Assembly: GCF_009914755.1 (NCBI RefSeq)
Contig: NC_060928.1
Strand: one strand, 5' to 3'
Source of the DNA: the human T2T-CHM13v2.0 reference genome, Homo sapiens
Length of the DNA: 64,000 nucleotides
Position 1 is the first letter of the stretch. Every line of letters begins with the position of its first letter. A program made the position numbers and the translations under genes. Below are positions 1 through 13,089 of the stretch, in pieces. The notes under the pieces are model-generated. The model was not told where the DNA came from. It searched no databases and saw nothing but the letters and a program-made list of their open reading frames with translations.

Positions 1-1208
1 TGGGAGGTAGGACAAAGGTCTGCCCCAAATGTAAACCATAGACATGAGCTCAGGGCAGGGGAGGGTGCCAAGACAGGCTCAGGGCATTGCAGACCTCCAG
101 CTCCCTTCACCTCCCCATCCCTTGAAGGCCTCTGCTCACCTCCCAGGCTCACCTGCCGGGCTCACCTGCCTGGTTCAGCTGGTCTTTACTCTTGCAGCGT
201 GTTCTTCTTGGTCAGTGTCTTATGTCTTGCTCCTTTTTCCTTTTCTTTTTTTTTTTTTTTTTGCCAAATGCCTCCTGTGGAACTTCCTTAAGTATCTATG
301 AATGTGTGGCAAGTAGACTAGGATGGGTAAGCTGGAAAGACCCAGGTTTCCTATCCAAATGGACGTGGCTTTGAGTTGCAAGAGTCACAACCCATTAGTT
401 GGATGGTCCTGAACAAGTCACACAGCCCCCAGTGATGCTGTCCCTCATGTGTCAACTGGATAAGGTGGCCCAGTACACAAGGATTCCCAAGGCAGGCTGT
501 CATTGTGTGTGCCCTCTGCATCATGGAGATCCTCAGATGTCTCTTCCCCATCTGCCTTGGATCCCTTGTTCATGTTATGGAAGAAGTGATAACTAGTATG
601 TTACATGGGACCAGGATGCCAGTGTGAACTAGGAGACACTGCACAGAGGGCTGAGGCAGACCAGGTCCCATCACATGCCTGGTGGTGGACCCTGGGCTGG
701 GCACTAACCTTTTTGAGCTTAGAATGGACTTCAAGATGCCATTCTTGCAGCAATGTGATGAGTATGGAGATTCACGCTCATGAAGAGCATCAGCTGTAAG
801 ACTGGTATCTGACAGGAATTTGATAGAGACTAGACACAGTTTTTCTTTTAGTATCACTGTGTCATATTAGTACAGTGTACTAAGCCTATTTAATTATACA
901 AAGAGCCCTCTTTTATACACTATGATGAAAGCAGAGGCCTGGGAGAGTAATAAACTTCTAAAGGACCATGGGTGACAAAGAAAATGAATGAGGTTAAGAT
1001 ATTTTCAGTAATAATGCTGAGTACTGGAATTAAAAACTAAAGAATAATTGAAAGAAACTAAGAAAGAAAAGTGGTAATGTGAGATATAAAGCACTGAAAA
1101 TGTCTAAATAAAACAAAAATCCTGAACAGGGCAAAAACAAAGAGAAAAAAACTAAAAGGCAAAGAAAACAATATTCTGTACTTGCCACCAAGAGAAAATG
1201 TAAATGGT

Positions 1209-1806
1209 TGTGAAGATAAGTAATCTGAAACTTAAGTTACAGAAACTTTAAATTATTAGGTGCCTTAAAGGAATATGATTATAGGGCCTGAGTCATGTGA
1301 CAGGCAGCTGTAACCTAAGCGGCTGAACTTTTGTTTCTCTGATTACAGATTAGCCTTCTTCCCAGACTACATTATTTTGTAAAATGCTGTAAATGACTAG
1401 AGGGCGCCAGAAAAGACCCCTTCCCTCTGCACTGTTGATCTTCCTTACAGATTAACTTCCCTCTTCTCTCACACACAGACTTCATGGCTATCACATTTGC
1501 CAAGACGGAATGTTAAATATACTCTTTTAAATTGGAAAGGAAACGAAAACAAGCCATACAGAAAAGAAAACAAACCGTAACTAATTAAACTGTTGTAACT
1601 TATAAACTAGCCTTGTGTAGAAAATGTTGTAATCCTGTTAAATCTCTTTATTTTATTCTTATACAAGCAAGACCTTAACTTTTAGCTTTAGCGTGCTGAC
1701 CCCATTTCTCTGCGGTCTGTATTTCCCAAACGGCAATTCCCAGTTTTTCTCTTGGATAAACTCTTGAAAACTGGGTTCTGATTCTTTCAATTATTTCAGG
1801 ATGACA
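1209..1806 (+). mobile_element. Solo LTR, class I ERV (MER4-group-like)
   Basis: TG...CA termini flanked by a 4-bp TSD TGGT (1205-1208 and 1807-1810), the size typical of ERV1. A GATAAA poly(A)-like signal lies near the 3' end. Subfamily not determined. Confidence 0.8.
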
Positions 1807-2091
1807 TGGTTTTAAAAAAAGAAAAAGAAAAAACTACAGGAAGGAATGTGCTTAGTTCCTTCTATTAAAATGACTAGTTTTGGCCAAAAAGGAGATGGGT
1901 CTGCTGGTTCAGGATCCGTAAGGGATTGGAGCTGGGCTTTAGGAAGAGGTTGCTCCCTGCTGCAAGGAGAATTAATTGGAAGGAAGAGGGAACAAACAGG
2001 AAAGAGTAGGGAGCCTGCTGCATGTATCTATGCAAAAATGGTGCTAGGCAAGGCTGGAAACAGAGGAGATGGATTAGAAATAATTATGAGA

Positions 2092-2549
<458 letters not shown>

Positions 2550-4121
2550 TCACTCAGACATTCATCCTGTGACTCTGCTCCAAGGGTGCTGGTGAGATGG
2601 CCCTTAGCTTTCTCAGCCTGGCCTTTGAGCAGGTTCCTCCACGGGGCTGCTCCCCCATCCACTGGCCATGACCCAGCACTCCAGTAAGGCAGCCTTGTCA
2701 CAGGGCTTCAACCCTCTGGGTTCCCTCTGTGCACTGTGGCCTCCAGCACAGTCCAGGATACCCATTCCCTCTGCCAAACCAAACCCCAGCTTTCCCTTCA
2801 CAAGCAGCTCTTCTCCGACAACAGTCACCTTCACTCTGGCGGGTTTCACCTCTTACAGAGGATCACAAAGCAGCCGGTACTCAGGGAAATGCTCCCTCTA
2901 CCCCCGAGTATGGCTACTTCCTCCCTGTGCCAGGAGCTCAATGTGCACAGGACCCGACCTCTCTCCAGCTCTCTCCTCTTCTTGCTGTAAACTGGGAATA
3001 AACTGGGACAGCTTGGCTTACCTCTCTCGCTTCTCTTTGGGACCCCAACTTCTGCTCTGCTTCCCTAGGGGTAGGCTGCCCCCCACAAGGAACCCCCTAG
3101 TGACACTGTGATTGCTTGATGGAGTTTGTTTAATACTCAGGTAGTTTAGGAAGCCCAGTGGCTCTCACATTGATGTATATCTCTTGAATTAGCCTTTAAC
3201 AATAGGTAAGATGACATTTTGCCTCTATCTGCCTAATCTTTGTCTTGCTGTTCAATTTCATATAGAACCTGGGTGAGAATAGGGTTGCCACTTCCTGGAT
3301 CCCTTAAGACATCAACAACCTGGACACACCTGATGGGAGACACTGAGCCCAGAGCAGTTTCTATGGCTCTTGGCGAGATCGTGCATTCGTGTTCTGAGAA
3401 ATACACCGGCACTAAAATAAAAACAAGCAAAAAAGCTAGAAAAAGGAGACAGGTGGAAGGTAAGAACAAAAACAGCAGCTCTAAAGCATGGCTTCATACA
3501 TTCATTCACTGAACATACTCCTGTTGGGAATCCACCCTTTGCAGGGTGCTGGGGAAGGCAGACAGACACTCAGGCTGCGGTCACACAGCGTCTACTCTTA
3601 AGCAGCACCTTTGCAGAGGAGACCCTGCCTCCTCTCCTACCTACAGTCCACCCTGCTGCCAGCCTACTTCACCTGTAAGGTCACATTATCTAATTTCTTT
3701 CCTTAATAGCACTGATGACAGTCTATCATTTTAAGTGTTTATGATCCATTTCCCCCAACTAGAACGGGCTCGCCTCTACTGGAGAGCAGGGACCAGGGCT
3801 GCCTCAGTCACTGCTGCAACCCCAGAGTTAACTGACACAGCGCCTGGGACACTGTTGCCTCCCCAAAATACTTGTGGAACAAATTAACCATGTGATAGGT
3901 GCTATGGTAAGGAAGAGTTGGAAGTGGGGTGGAATGAGTGGGAGAATCTACGGTGTTCGGGTAAGGCTTCTTGGAAGGGGAGACATCCAAGAGCTGAGGG
4001 AACACCTCAGGACAGCAAGGACACAAGTTATTTATCCAGGTAAATAGAGGTGGAAAAGTAATTCCACAAAGACAGAAGAATACAGATTAAAGCATCCTAG
4101 GAGACTGTGTGGTGTGTGCTA

Positions 4122-4459
<338 letters not shown>

Positions 4460-4872
4460 TGGGGCTGAAGGGAGAGCCTGGTGAGTTTGTGGGAACATGG
4501 AGGAGAGTGTGAGAGAGAAAAAGAATGTGATGGAGGTGAAATGGCAGGTGCACACGCCCCAGGATAGAGCCAGGCACAAATACAGCAAGTGACTCAGCCA
4601 GTGGAGGCAGCACCCGAGGTGAAGCCTGAAGGATCCGGTGAGATCCCCAGACTGAGAAGTGGAGGGAGAGGGTTCCAAACAGAATGCACAGGGGAAAGGC
4701 CCAGGGGGAGGGTCTTCCAACTCTTTCTTACCTTAGCACCTGAGTGAGTGAGCGGTTGGGTGGAGATGGATGGCACAGCCCCAAGGGCTCTGTGTGCCTG
4801 CAAATGTGTCAGCTATCAGAGCAGCCCCGCCATGTGCAGAGAGAAACAGCTGGGTGAAGCAGATGTACTGAC

Positions 4873-4995
4873 CTTTTCCACCAGGTCTTCAGAGGCCTGT
4901 TCCTCACAGAGGTGAATTTTGTCTTCGATGCACTTCTTCAGAAGCTCTCCCTTGCTTTTACTCTTGGACCGTGACTTTCTCACCTTGGACTGTTG
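4873..4995 (-). CDS. EVC2: EVC2 coding exon 16 (123 nt, phase 0/0)
   Basis: CAG|CAA CAG TCC AAG...GAA AAG|GTCAGT; QQSKVRKSRSKSKSKGELLKKCIEDKIHLCEEQASEDLVEK. Confidence 0.96.
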
Positions 4996-5554
4996 CTGGA
5001 GAGGGGTTGGGGAAGACGTGGGTAAGAAGGCAATCACCAGCAAGTCCATGCAGCTCCCCCGAGGGCTTTGCAGGTCAAGAGAAGTTTCTGCAGCTCCCAG
5101 AACTGCAAAACTCTGCCTTAGGCCAGAGAGGGGAGGAGAGAGGTATGTTCTTCTGGAAGGAGCTCAGTTTCAGAGCCTTTGATCTTCACACAATCTGGTG
5201 GGCTCCTCCCACCAAAGGGAGCAGAGGGAGCCTGCTGGGCAGAACCTCAGCTCTGCAGTCAGAGAGCAGACCCAAGGCGTGTCCACCTCCTAACTAGCCA
5301 CGGGACCTCAGACCTGTCAGCCTCTCTGAGAAGGGGACGCTATGAATGAGGTCCCTGTTCTGTTCTTGCAATGCTTCCATGACAGCGGAGAAAACAGTCT
5401 GAAAACATGGAAACTAAATAAGGACACTAGGAGCAGAGCCACGTTGGCGGACAGGACCTGGAAGCCCGGGGTATAGGCTGGGGCTGGGAGGGGATAGCCC
5501 TAGAGAGGGCCAGGCAGGGAGCCCATCAGGCACATCTCTGCCCAACTCCCAGGC

Positions 5555-5684
5555 AGTGATGTCAAGCCGGTAGCCTGAAACTGGCCTTGGGAGGATTTAC
5601 ACCATGGAAATGGGCAAATCCTACAAGTCAGGATTCCCCTCCCCACCTTCCCTCTCCCCTGAGAACTTTCCCAGCACAGGTCTG
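5555..5684 (+). mobile_element. hAT MITE fragment (MER63-like)
   Basis: CAGTGATGT...GATTTACACCATGGAAATGGGCAAATCCTACAAGTCAGG...CCAGCAC resembles MER63 as recalled. Confidence 0.5.
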
Positions 5685-7928
5685 GTCAGGGCCCAGGCCA
5701 CAGGGAGCCTTGAGGTCATGTTGGAACTTGGATCCCAGCTCAGAGGGCCACAGAAAGGGCTGAAGGAAGAGGGTGGTGAATCTGACTTGCACATCTCTTT
5801 AGAGTTTGCAAGTGCCTTTGAAACTCATGTCCGTGAATGGTCTGGGAGCCCTGGGGGCCACCAGCAGATGAGGTCAAACGTAGACACTACCTGTTTTGTG
5901 GGCCTAGATCAAAGAGAAGTATGTGGTGAAGAAATGCAGGGGTTCCCTGGTGGTGACACAACGGTGGGTGAGAACGGCCAAGAGATGGGGAATGCACTAA
6001 GCATCCACTAACATTGCTCCACCTGGCCCCGTATACCCTCATTACACCCATTTTACAGATGAAAACATGAAGATTAAAACAACAATTTTATCCCCAGGCC
6101 TTGGTGCTTAGGAAACTGAGAGCAGGCTCTCCCACCACCTTCTCTGCCGCTATCTCGGGACTGAGCAAGCGAAGGGAGCTGCGGCTCCATCCGTGCAAAA
6201 GCCTGACCGTGCTGGCCCAGCCTTCCCTCTGGAGAATGTGGAGCGAGCACCTTCGCGAAAAGGAAGATGACATCTGCCTCCTCTGAGGCAGTGGCCACAG
6301 CCATTTCCATCTGAAAACCAAGCACCTTGGGTGACTCTGAAGGCAGAAACTTCACTCCTGCCGGGACTCACCAGCTTCAAGGCAGGGGAACCAGCGGCTT
6401 ATGGACTCCCTCCCCTCGCTTCGGTGAAGTGAAAATTATTTTCCCCCATTGTTCAAAAATATTTAAAATTTTTGATAATTTACTCCTTACTCTTATTCTG
6501 TATCTCCCACATCCTTGTAAGAACAGAAGTAGGGAAAAAAACAACAGTACTTAAAAAAAAAATTAAAAGAATGTCAAAGATTCCAAGTTGTTTCTGCATC
6601 CACTGGTTTACATTCAGAAAGGATATGTCTGAGTTTTTTTCTTTCTCTAAAGGAAAAGAAGTGAGTTTAAAGTCAGGAAACACCAGCTCCCAGCCCAGTT
6701 CTCTACCTCCTATAGGGCCACTCACTTTTCCTCTGCTGGGCTGTTTTCTCATCTGTAAAATGGGACACCATATTACCTCTTAGCACTGCTGTGAACTTCA
6801 GGTGAGATCATGTAAGCTTCAGTAATTTTAATATGTTTTCAGTCTCAACTATTATTACTTTAAGAGAAGCCCCGATGTTTTGCACACATCTGGTGCTTGG
6901 CTGGTGGGATGTTTAAGCCAACAAAATTTACTGTGCACCTACTACGCACTTAGCACCCTTGAGTGGTGAATGGGCCGGGGAGCTTATTTTTAGTGGAAGC
7001 CCAGACAAAGGGGAAGTCAAGGAACCAGCACATTTCAGATAATGATAAAGAAAATAATGAAACCCAGCATGTGATAAAGAATGCCTAGGGAGAGGGTAAT
7101 TTTAGACAGGTGCTCAGGGAAGGCTTCCTAGTGGAGGTGGCATTTGAGCTGAGACCTCAATGGCCTGCAAAGCATATATGTGGCAGAGAAAACAGAAGTT
7201 CGAAGGCCTTATCTTATGTTGGGAGCCCCAGAAGCGGAGCCTGAGGCAGGGATTAGGTGCAGGTGGTTTCCTGAAGGAGGTCTCTCTAGGATCAACCTGT
7301 TGGGGAACAAGGGAACAGGACAGGAAAGGGAAGAGCCAAGCAAGGCTGTGGTCTCAGGTAAAGTTGAGCCTAAACTGGTCCCTGGGGGCTTTGGAGCAAA
7401 AACTGTACCAAAGAGTTGTCTGCCCTCGGGCACATAATAGCTGCTCATTAAAAGGCAGCTACCAGTCATCATCCTTTAAGACCCTGTGCAAGAGCCCCTC
7501 TTTCCCTGACCCACCTGAGTTGAGATGAGCATCCCTCCTCTATGCCATATAGAAAGGCCTTTTGTACCCAGAGTCAGTCATTAGCTGTGGCTGGAGGAGG
7601 GGGCAGGAGAGACAGAGTAATATCTCAGGCCAGGCAGCTTCCCTCAGGAGATTGTGGCTGCGCAAGGCTGACACAGCTGCTGGTGGATGGTGCAACAGCC
7701 CAGGCAACAGGATCAGGGCACAGCACCAGCAGTGTCCACTATAGACTTTAAAGTTGGGACAGCCCTGGAGATTCCTGGAATAGCTGGACACCAATGCAGC
7801 CAGAGAGGAGAGGATAGGGGAGCATGAGGTGAGATGGGCTCAGGCTGGGGAAGAGGCCAGACCCTGTAGGGCCAGCAGCTGGGAGACGGCCCTGCTTCTG
7901 TAATCGGCCACTGACAGGTCCATCCTAC

Positions 7929-8133
7929 CTGCAGCTCAGGGGCAGCCACGGCCTGGTCCAGCTTCACGAACTCTGCTTCTCGCCACGCAGTCTGAAATTG
8001 CTGCAGCAGAACTCGGGCCCGGATCTTGGGGAGGGCCAAGCTCCTGTCCATCTGAGCAAAGCAGCCATGGACCTCCTGCCTCATCCTGAGCAGCTCCTCT
8101 TCAGACAGGGAGAAGACTGAGGAGCAGAGCTTC
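7929..8133 (-). CDS. EVC2: EVC2 coding exon 15 (205 nt, phase 2/0)
   Basis: CAG|G AAG CTC TGC...CTG CAG|GTAGGA; KLCSSVFSLSEEELLRMRQEVHGCFAQMDRSLALPKIRAR...AVAAPELQ. Confidence 0.97.
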
Positions 8134-8646
8134 CTGGGAGGAAGAACAGAGACACACTCTTAACACAGAGAAAGCCTGGGGGCTGGGCTGGGGTGAAGAA
8201 GCCAGAGATGCAAAGCTCATTCCTCATATCCATGTCTGCAGAAAAAGCACTGGCTCCTTAATCATGCATTCCTGCCACAGGCATTCCTTGAGCACCTAAT
8301 GCATGTCGTGCTGCATAGGACATTGTATTGGAGCTAGGAATGAGAGCTGAATGAGGCCAGGCTGTGAGGGTGCCTTTGAGGAGGCAACAGGCCTTCCAGT
8401 GCCCACGACCTTGCAATTAACCTGGTCTCACTTCAGAAACAGACGTGTAAACAAAGCACTGTCTGTGGAGCCTGGCCAGCAGCATTCTCTATGTAGGACC
8501 AATGGACAGAGGAGAGACACACAAAACTCAGCTCAGGGAGGTCAGGGAAATGAGAGTCCCTTATGACTGGTTCCAAAGGGTAATGACTGACAGCTGTCAT
8601 TCAGTGAAAATCGATTCCATGCTGGGAACCATGCTGAGTGACTTAG

Positions 8647-9098
8647 TGTTATGGGTTGAATTGTGGCTCCCAAAAAGATATATTCAAGTCCTAACCTGGG
8701 ACCTGTGAATGTTGGTTTATTTGGAAATAGGGTATTTACAAATGTAATTAAGAAGTGAGCTAAGATGAGGCCATATTGGAGCACAGTGGGCCCTTAATGC
8801 AATATAACTGGTGTCCTTATAAGAAAAGAGACAAACACACAGAGAGGCCATCTGACATGGAGGCAGAGATTGGGGTGAGACGTCTACAAGCCAATGAATG
8901 CCAAGGATTGCCAGCAACACCAGCAGCTAAGAAAAGGTATGGAACAGATTCTCCCCTGGTGCCTTCAGAGGGAGCATGGTTCTGCCAATGCCTTGATCTT
9001 GGACTTCCTACCTTCAGAACAGTGGGAGAATATATTTCTGTTGTTTTAAGCCACCAGTTTGTGGTACTTTGTTATGGTAGTGTTAAAAAACAAATGCA
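8647..9098 (+). mobile_element. MaLR LTR (MLT1C-like)
   Basis: TGTTATGGGTTGAATTGTG start; TTTCTGTTGTTTTAAGCCACCAGTTTGTGGTACTTTGTTATGG near the end. Confidence 0.85.
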
Positions 9099-11217
9099 AT
9101 GACATACATCATTGCTGTTCCTTACACCAAATTACAGACAAGGAAATGGATGAACAGTCCCTCTTCCTTTCCAGCAAGGCCCACAGCCCACTCTAATGGA
9201 GAGAATGGCCATACAATTGCTTTCTCATCCTCAAGGGGGCTGGTTCTGGCCCACAAGATGTAAGAGGAAATCTGCTCAGAAAGTCTGGACAGAATTATTC
9301 GTTGAACAAAGATTAGCTGTAGATGTGTTTGAATGTTCTGGTAATGTTCTGTCAATGCAGCCAGCATTGACCGATGCTTTAAAATTCAGAGTTATCAGCA
9401 GAACACCCAACGTGGTTGGCCAGAGTCAGGTTTACCATACCCAGATCTCAGTGTGGGAATGTGGGGCTGTGGATCTGCTAGAAAGGTCTTTCGTGGAAAG
9501 AGAATGAGACCTTCAGAGACCACGGGGGCCCTCTGCTGACAACACTCTGAGGCCTGACCCCCAGGTCATGTGACACCCGTCTTGGGTTCCTCACTTCATG
9601 GGGCCCAACGATTTTTAAAGCAACCTTTGGAAACTGCAGCAGCCCCCTTGCACCTTCCCTTGTGCAAGGCCTTTGCCCCGCTGTTTGCTGATTACGCCGA
9701 ATCCAAAGTGAAAGCAACTCTGAGATGACTCTCAGTCATTATTCCTGCCACTTTCAAACCACATCAGCCCTGAGCACTCTTGTCTTAATCCTCTGTTACG
9801 TAAGTGCCAAGAGAATACAGAAATACAGGAGGCGAGATCTTTGCCCTGAAGGAGTTTGAAATCAAGACAGGAACTTCCGAAAGAAGGCTCAAAGACACAC
9901 TTTCTCTTGCAAAGATATTCCTCATTAATTCCTACTTTAGCCAACCAGTTTTATAGTAACCCTATCTTGGTTGAAATTGGAAAGCTTCTAAAAATGTGTT
10001 TCAAATCTATTGTGCAAAACCATTTTTGCATAATGCCTCGGAAATAAAGGCTGCAACCTTTTAGAATCTTAAATAAGCAAAGTATATGAGCAGACTCACA
10101 TTGCGTACACTGTGAGTCGATCCTCTTTAACCCTTGGAAAAATCATACACTTCTCTGATAGCCAAGTGAGAGTTCTCTTTTTCCCATTAAATGGCTAAAT
10201 CAGCAGTTGCTTTAGTAACACTCCCTGCAAAACGAATCCAAACGAAGTTGAAGAAAATGACCAGCTGGTAATAGGAATGCCAAAGTTAATTCACTTGCTA
10301 CGAAGAGTCCAAAGCCAGTTTGAACATGAGAAGAGAATTTTCTGGAATGTAGGCTAAGCTGAATAAATACTGTTGAGGGCAAATCATGGGAATAAGAAAT
10401 GACATTTAAGGATCTGATTTTTATGGACTAAGAGAAGACAGAATCTTGTTTTCCTTGTCAAGAAAGCAAAAGCTAACAAGGATTAAAAAATAAATGAGGC
10501 CAGAATCACAGAAGAGAGAGATGGGAAAGGGCCAAAGGTCACTTAACGCAAACCAAGATAGTATCAATCTTTGCAAACACCTGGGGACCTATTTTCCTGG
10601 TAGCAAGGTCGGATCCTGGGGATGAAAACTGTGTAGGAAAGGAAAGGACATTAAATCATGGAGGCCAGCAAGATTCTAGGAGATAACTTCTACAAGGGAG
10701 GAGGGAAATTGCAGACAGATCCTATGTCCATTAAAGCATCCAAGATGAGCCCAGGCTCTTACATAAACATTGTCTTCACATTTAAACTACTTGATAGTGC
10801 CATGTACTGCCAAAATCACCTAAATGATTTGATTTAGTTTTTGTGGTCTTCATTTTACAAGTGGGAAAGCTGAGGCCCAGAGAGGTTAAACAAGTTGCAC
10901 AAACTTAAGTGGTGGTCCTGGGTCTTTTGGTCTACATTGCCCATGTCTCATTCTACATTGGCTAGGTTAGAGGCCCCTCCAGTTTCCAATCTGTTGCCAG
11001 CCCCAAACAACCACCAAAAGCTCTGTTGGTCTCTATTACAGCACAAAAGGCTCCCTTCCTGGGCTAGGCCAAATCCCAGCAGGCACAAAGAGCTGGCAAA
11101 TGTTTCAGGGAAGTAAAGAACTGTGGGCACTGGCCCCTCTGGAATATGACTCCGACTTGTCTTCATTGTTTCCACCACTCTCCCATGTCTTTAAAAACTT
11201 ACTTGTGAAATTTATCT

Positions 11218-11320
11218 TGGGAGGCTGAGGCGGGAGGATTGCCTAAGCCCAGGAGTTCGAGACCAGCCTGGGCAACAGGGTGAGACCCCGTCTCTACAAA
11301 AAATAAATATTAAAAATAAA
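11218..11320 (+). mobile_element. 5'-truncated Alu monomer (FLAM/AluJ-like)
   Basis: GGGAGGCTGAGGCGGGAGGATTGCCTAAGCCCAGGAGTTCGAGACCAGCC followed by an A-rich tail. Confidence 0.85.
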
Positions 11321-11341
11321 CATATCCATTATTTTCTAGTT

Positions 11342-11972
11342 ACTGCAGCAGGAGTGTTAGGTGTGGTCCACTGCATCCTACTCAGAAGTGGAAGTCATTA
11401 CATGGCTCTTGAATTAATAATAAAGATACATAGCCCGAGAAATGGACCAGGGATGAAAGGGCCAGGTGAAAAGATGATGCAGTGTGGTGGAAGAACTAAC
11501 ACGAAGGTCAAGATCATGAGCAGCCTTGATGCCTGGTGAAACTAGCAGGGCCTGGAATGGCCTAACCGCAAGCTCCCCTTCCCCCTCTGCTCCTGTGGAT
11601 CATGTCCCCTCCCCAGGGGACATTTCTTATTAGGGGAACCAGCACATTCCCATTTATCCCTGAGTAGCTCCCTGGAGTTATTAACCCCAGGGAATTATTC
11701 AGACAAGGCAATCACATTTTCCCCTGGAAGCCAGGGGCCACCCATCCTCTTGTTACTACAAACCCTATGGCCCTGGTTCTGCACTCTGCTCAATCCTTGT
11801 AGGGTCCTGCGTGACATTCGAGGTCCTCCCCCCGGGGCGTTGAGTTTATATGACTAATTAACGCTGGTAATCTCATCTGTCTGGGGCCAGGTGTCTCATG
11901 CTTGGCCATCCCCACAACCACAGGGCAGGAATCTCCCTGGCATCAACGGGATGGGGAGGGGTGATTACGACC
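11342..11972 (+). mobile_element. ERVL-class solo LTR (MER73/MER74-group-like)
   Basis: 3' end AATCTCATCTGTC...GGCCATCCCCACAACCACAGGGCAGGAATC...GGGGAGGGGTGATTA resembles MER73/74 LTR ends as recalled. The 5' boundary is approximate. Confidence 0.55.
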
Positions 11973-11987
11973 CGCAAAGGCACTCAC

Positions 11988-12442
11988 ATGAAGATCAGGT
12001 GCTCCCAGCGTCGCAGCTCTGCCTGCTCCTCTGTCACGGCCTCAGGAGCGTCATCCTTCAGTCTCTGCCTCACGCTCTGGACACCCTCCTGGTCCCTGTC
12101 CCTCTCCTCCCCCTCCAGCTGCTCGGCCCGTGCAGCCATCTCCTTGCCGTGCTCCTCCAGGATCTGCTGCAGGAAGAGCCAGGGCACCCCACGCTTGAGC
12201 AGCTCCTGGGTCATGGCTGAGTTCTGCAGGCGCCGCAGCTCGTCGGTGGCCTTTTCAAACAGCGAAAGGGTCAGGGTCCTGAGATCGTCCAGGGCGGCCT
12301 GGTCCAGACGCTCCTGCAGCTCCTCCAGGGTGGCACCGTGCTCCTCCATCAGGCTCCTCTTCTGGTGCAGGTACTGGCCGGCATCCTCAACCGTTCGGAA
12401 GGCCTCGCCGACGGACGCCTGCTCCCTACGCTGCTCCCTGTG
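11988..12442 (-). CDS. EVC2: EVC2 coding exon 14 (455 nt, phase 0/2)
   Basis: CAG|CAC AGG GAG CAG...TTC AT|GTGAGT; HREQRREQASVGEAFRTVEDAGQYLHQKRSLMEEHGATLEELQERL...RRWEHLIFM. Confidence 0.97.
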
Positions 12443-12578
12443 CTGGAGTTTCAGAAAAGAAAATTAAGTGGGGGTGGGGCTTGGCGGGTACAGTCCTTTG
12501 GCTGAAACACTTTGTTGCAGGAAGCACAGAATGTTTATAGCCTTTTCCCCAACAATCTCACATTTGGAAGTTATTCTG

Positions 12579-13089
<511 letters not shown>

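Noticed and set aside
11898-12467. 189-aa plus-strand ORF as an antisense gene
   Set aside because: It is the antisense shadow of the GC-rich, Glu/Gln/Leu-rich exon 14 and starts at a non-ATG codon inside an LTR.
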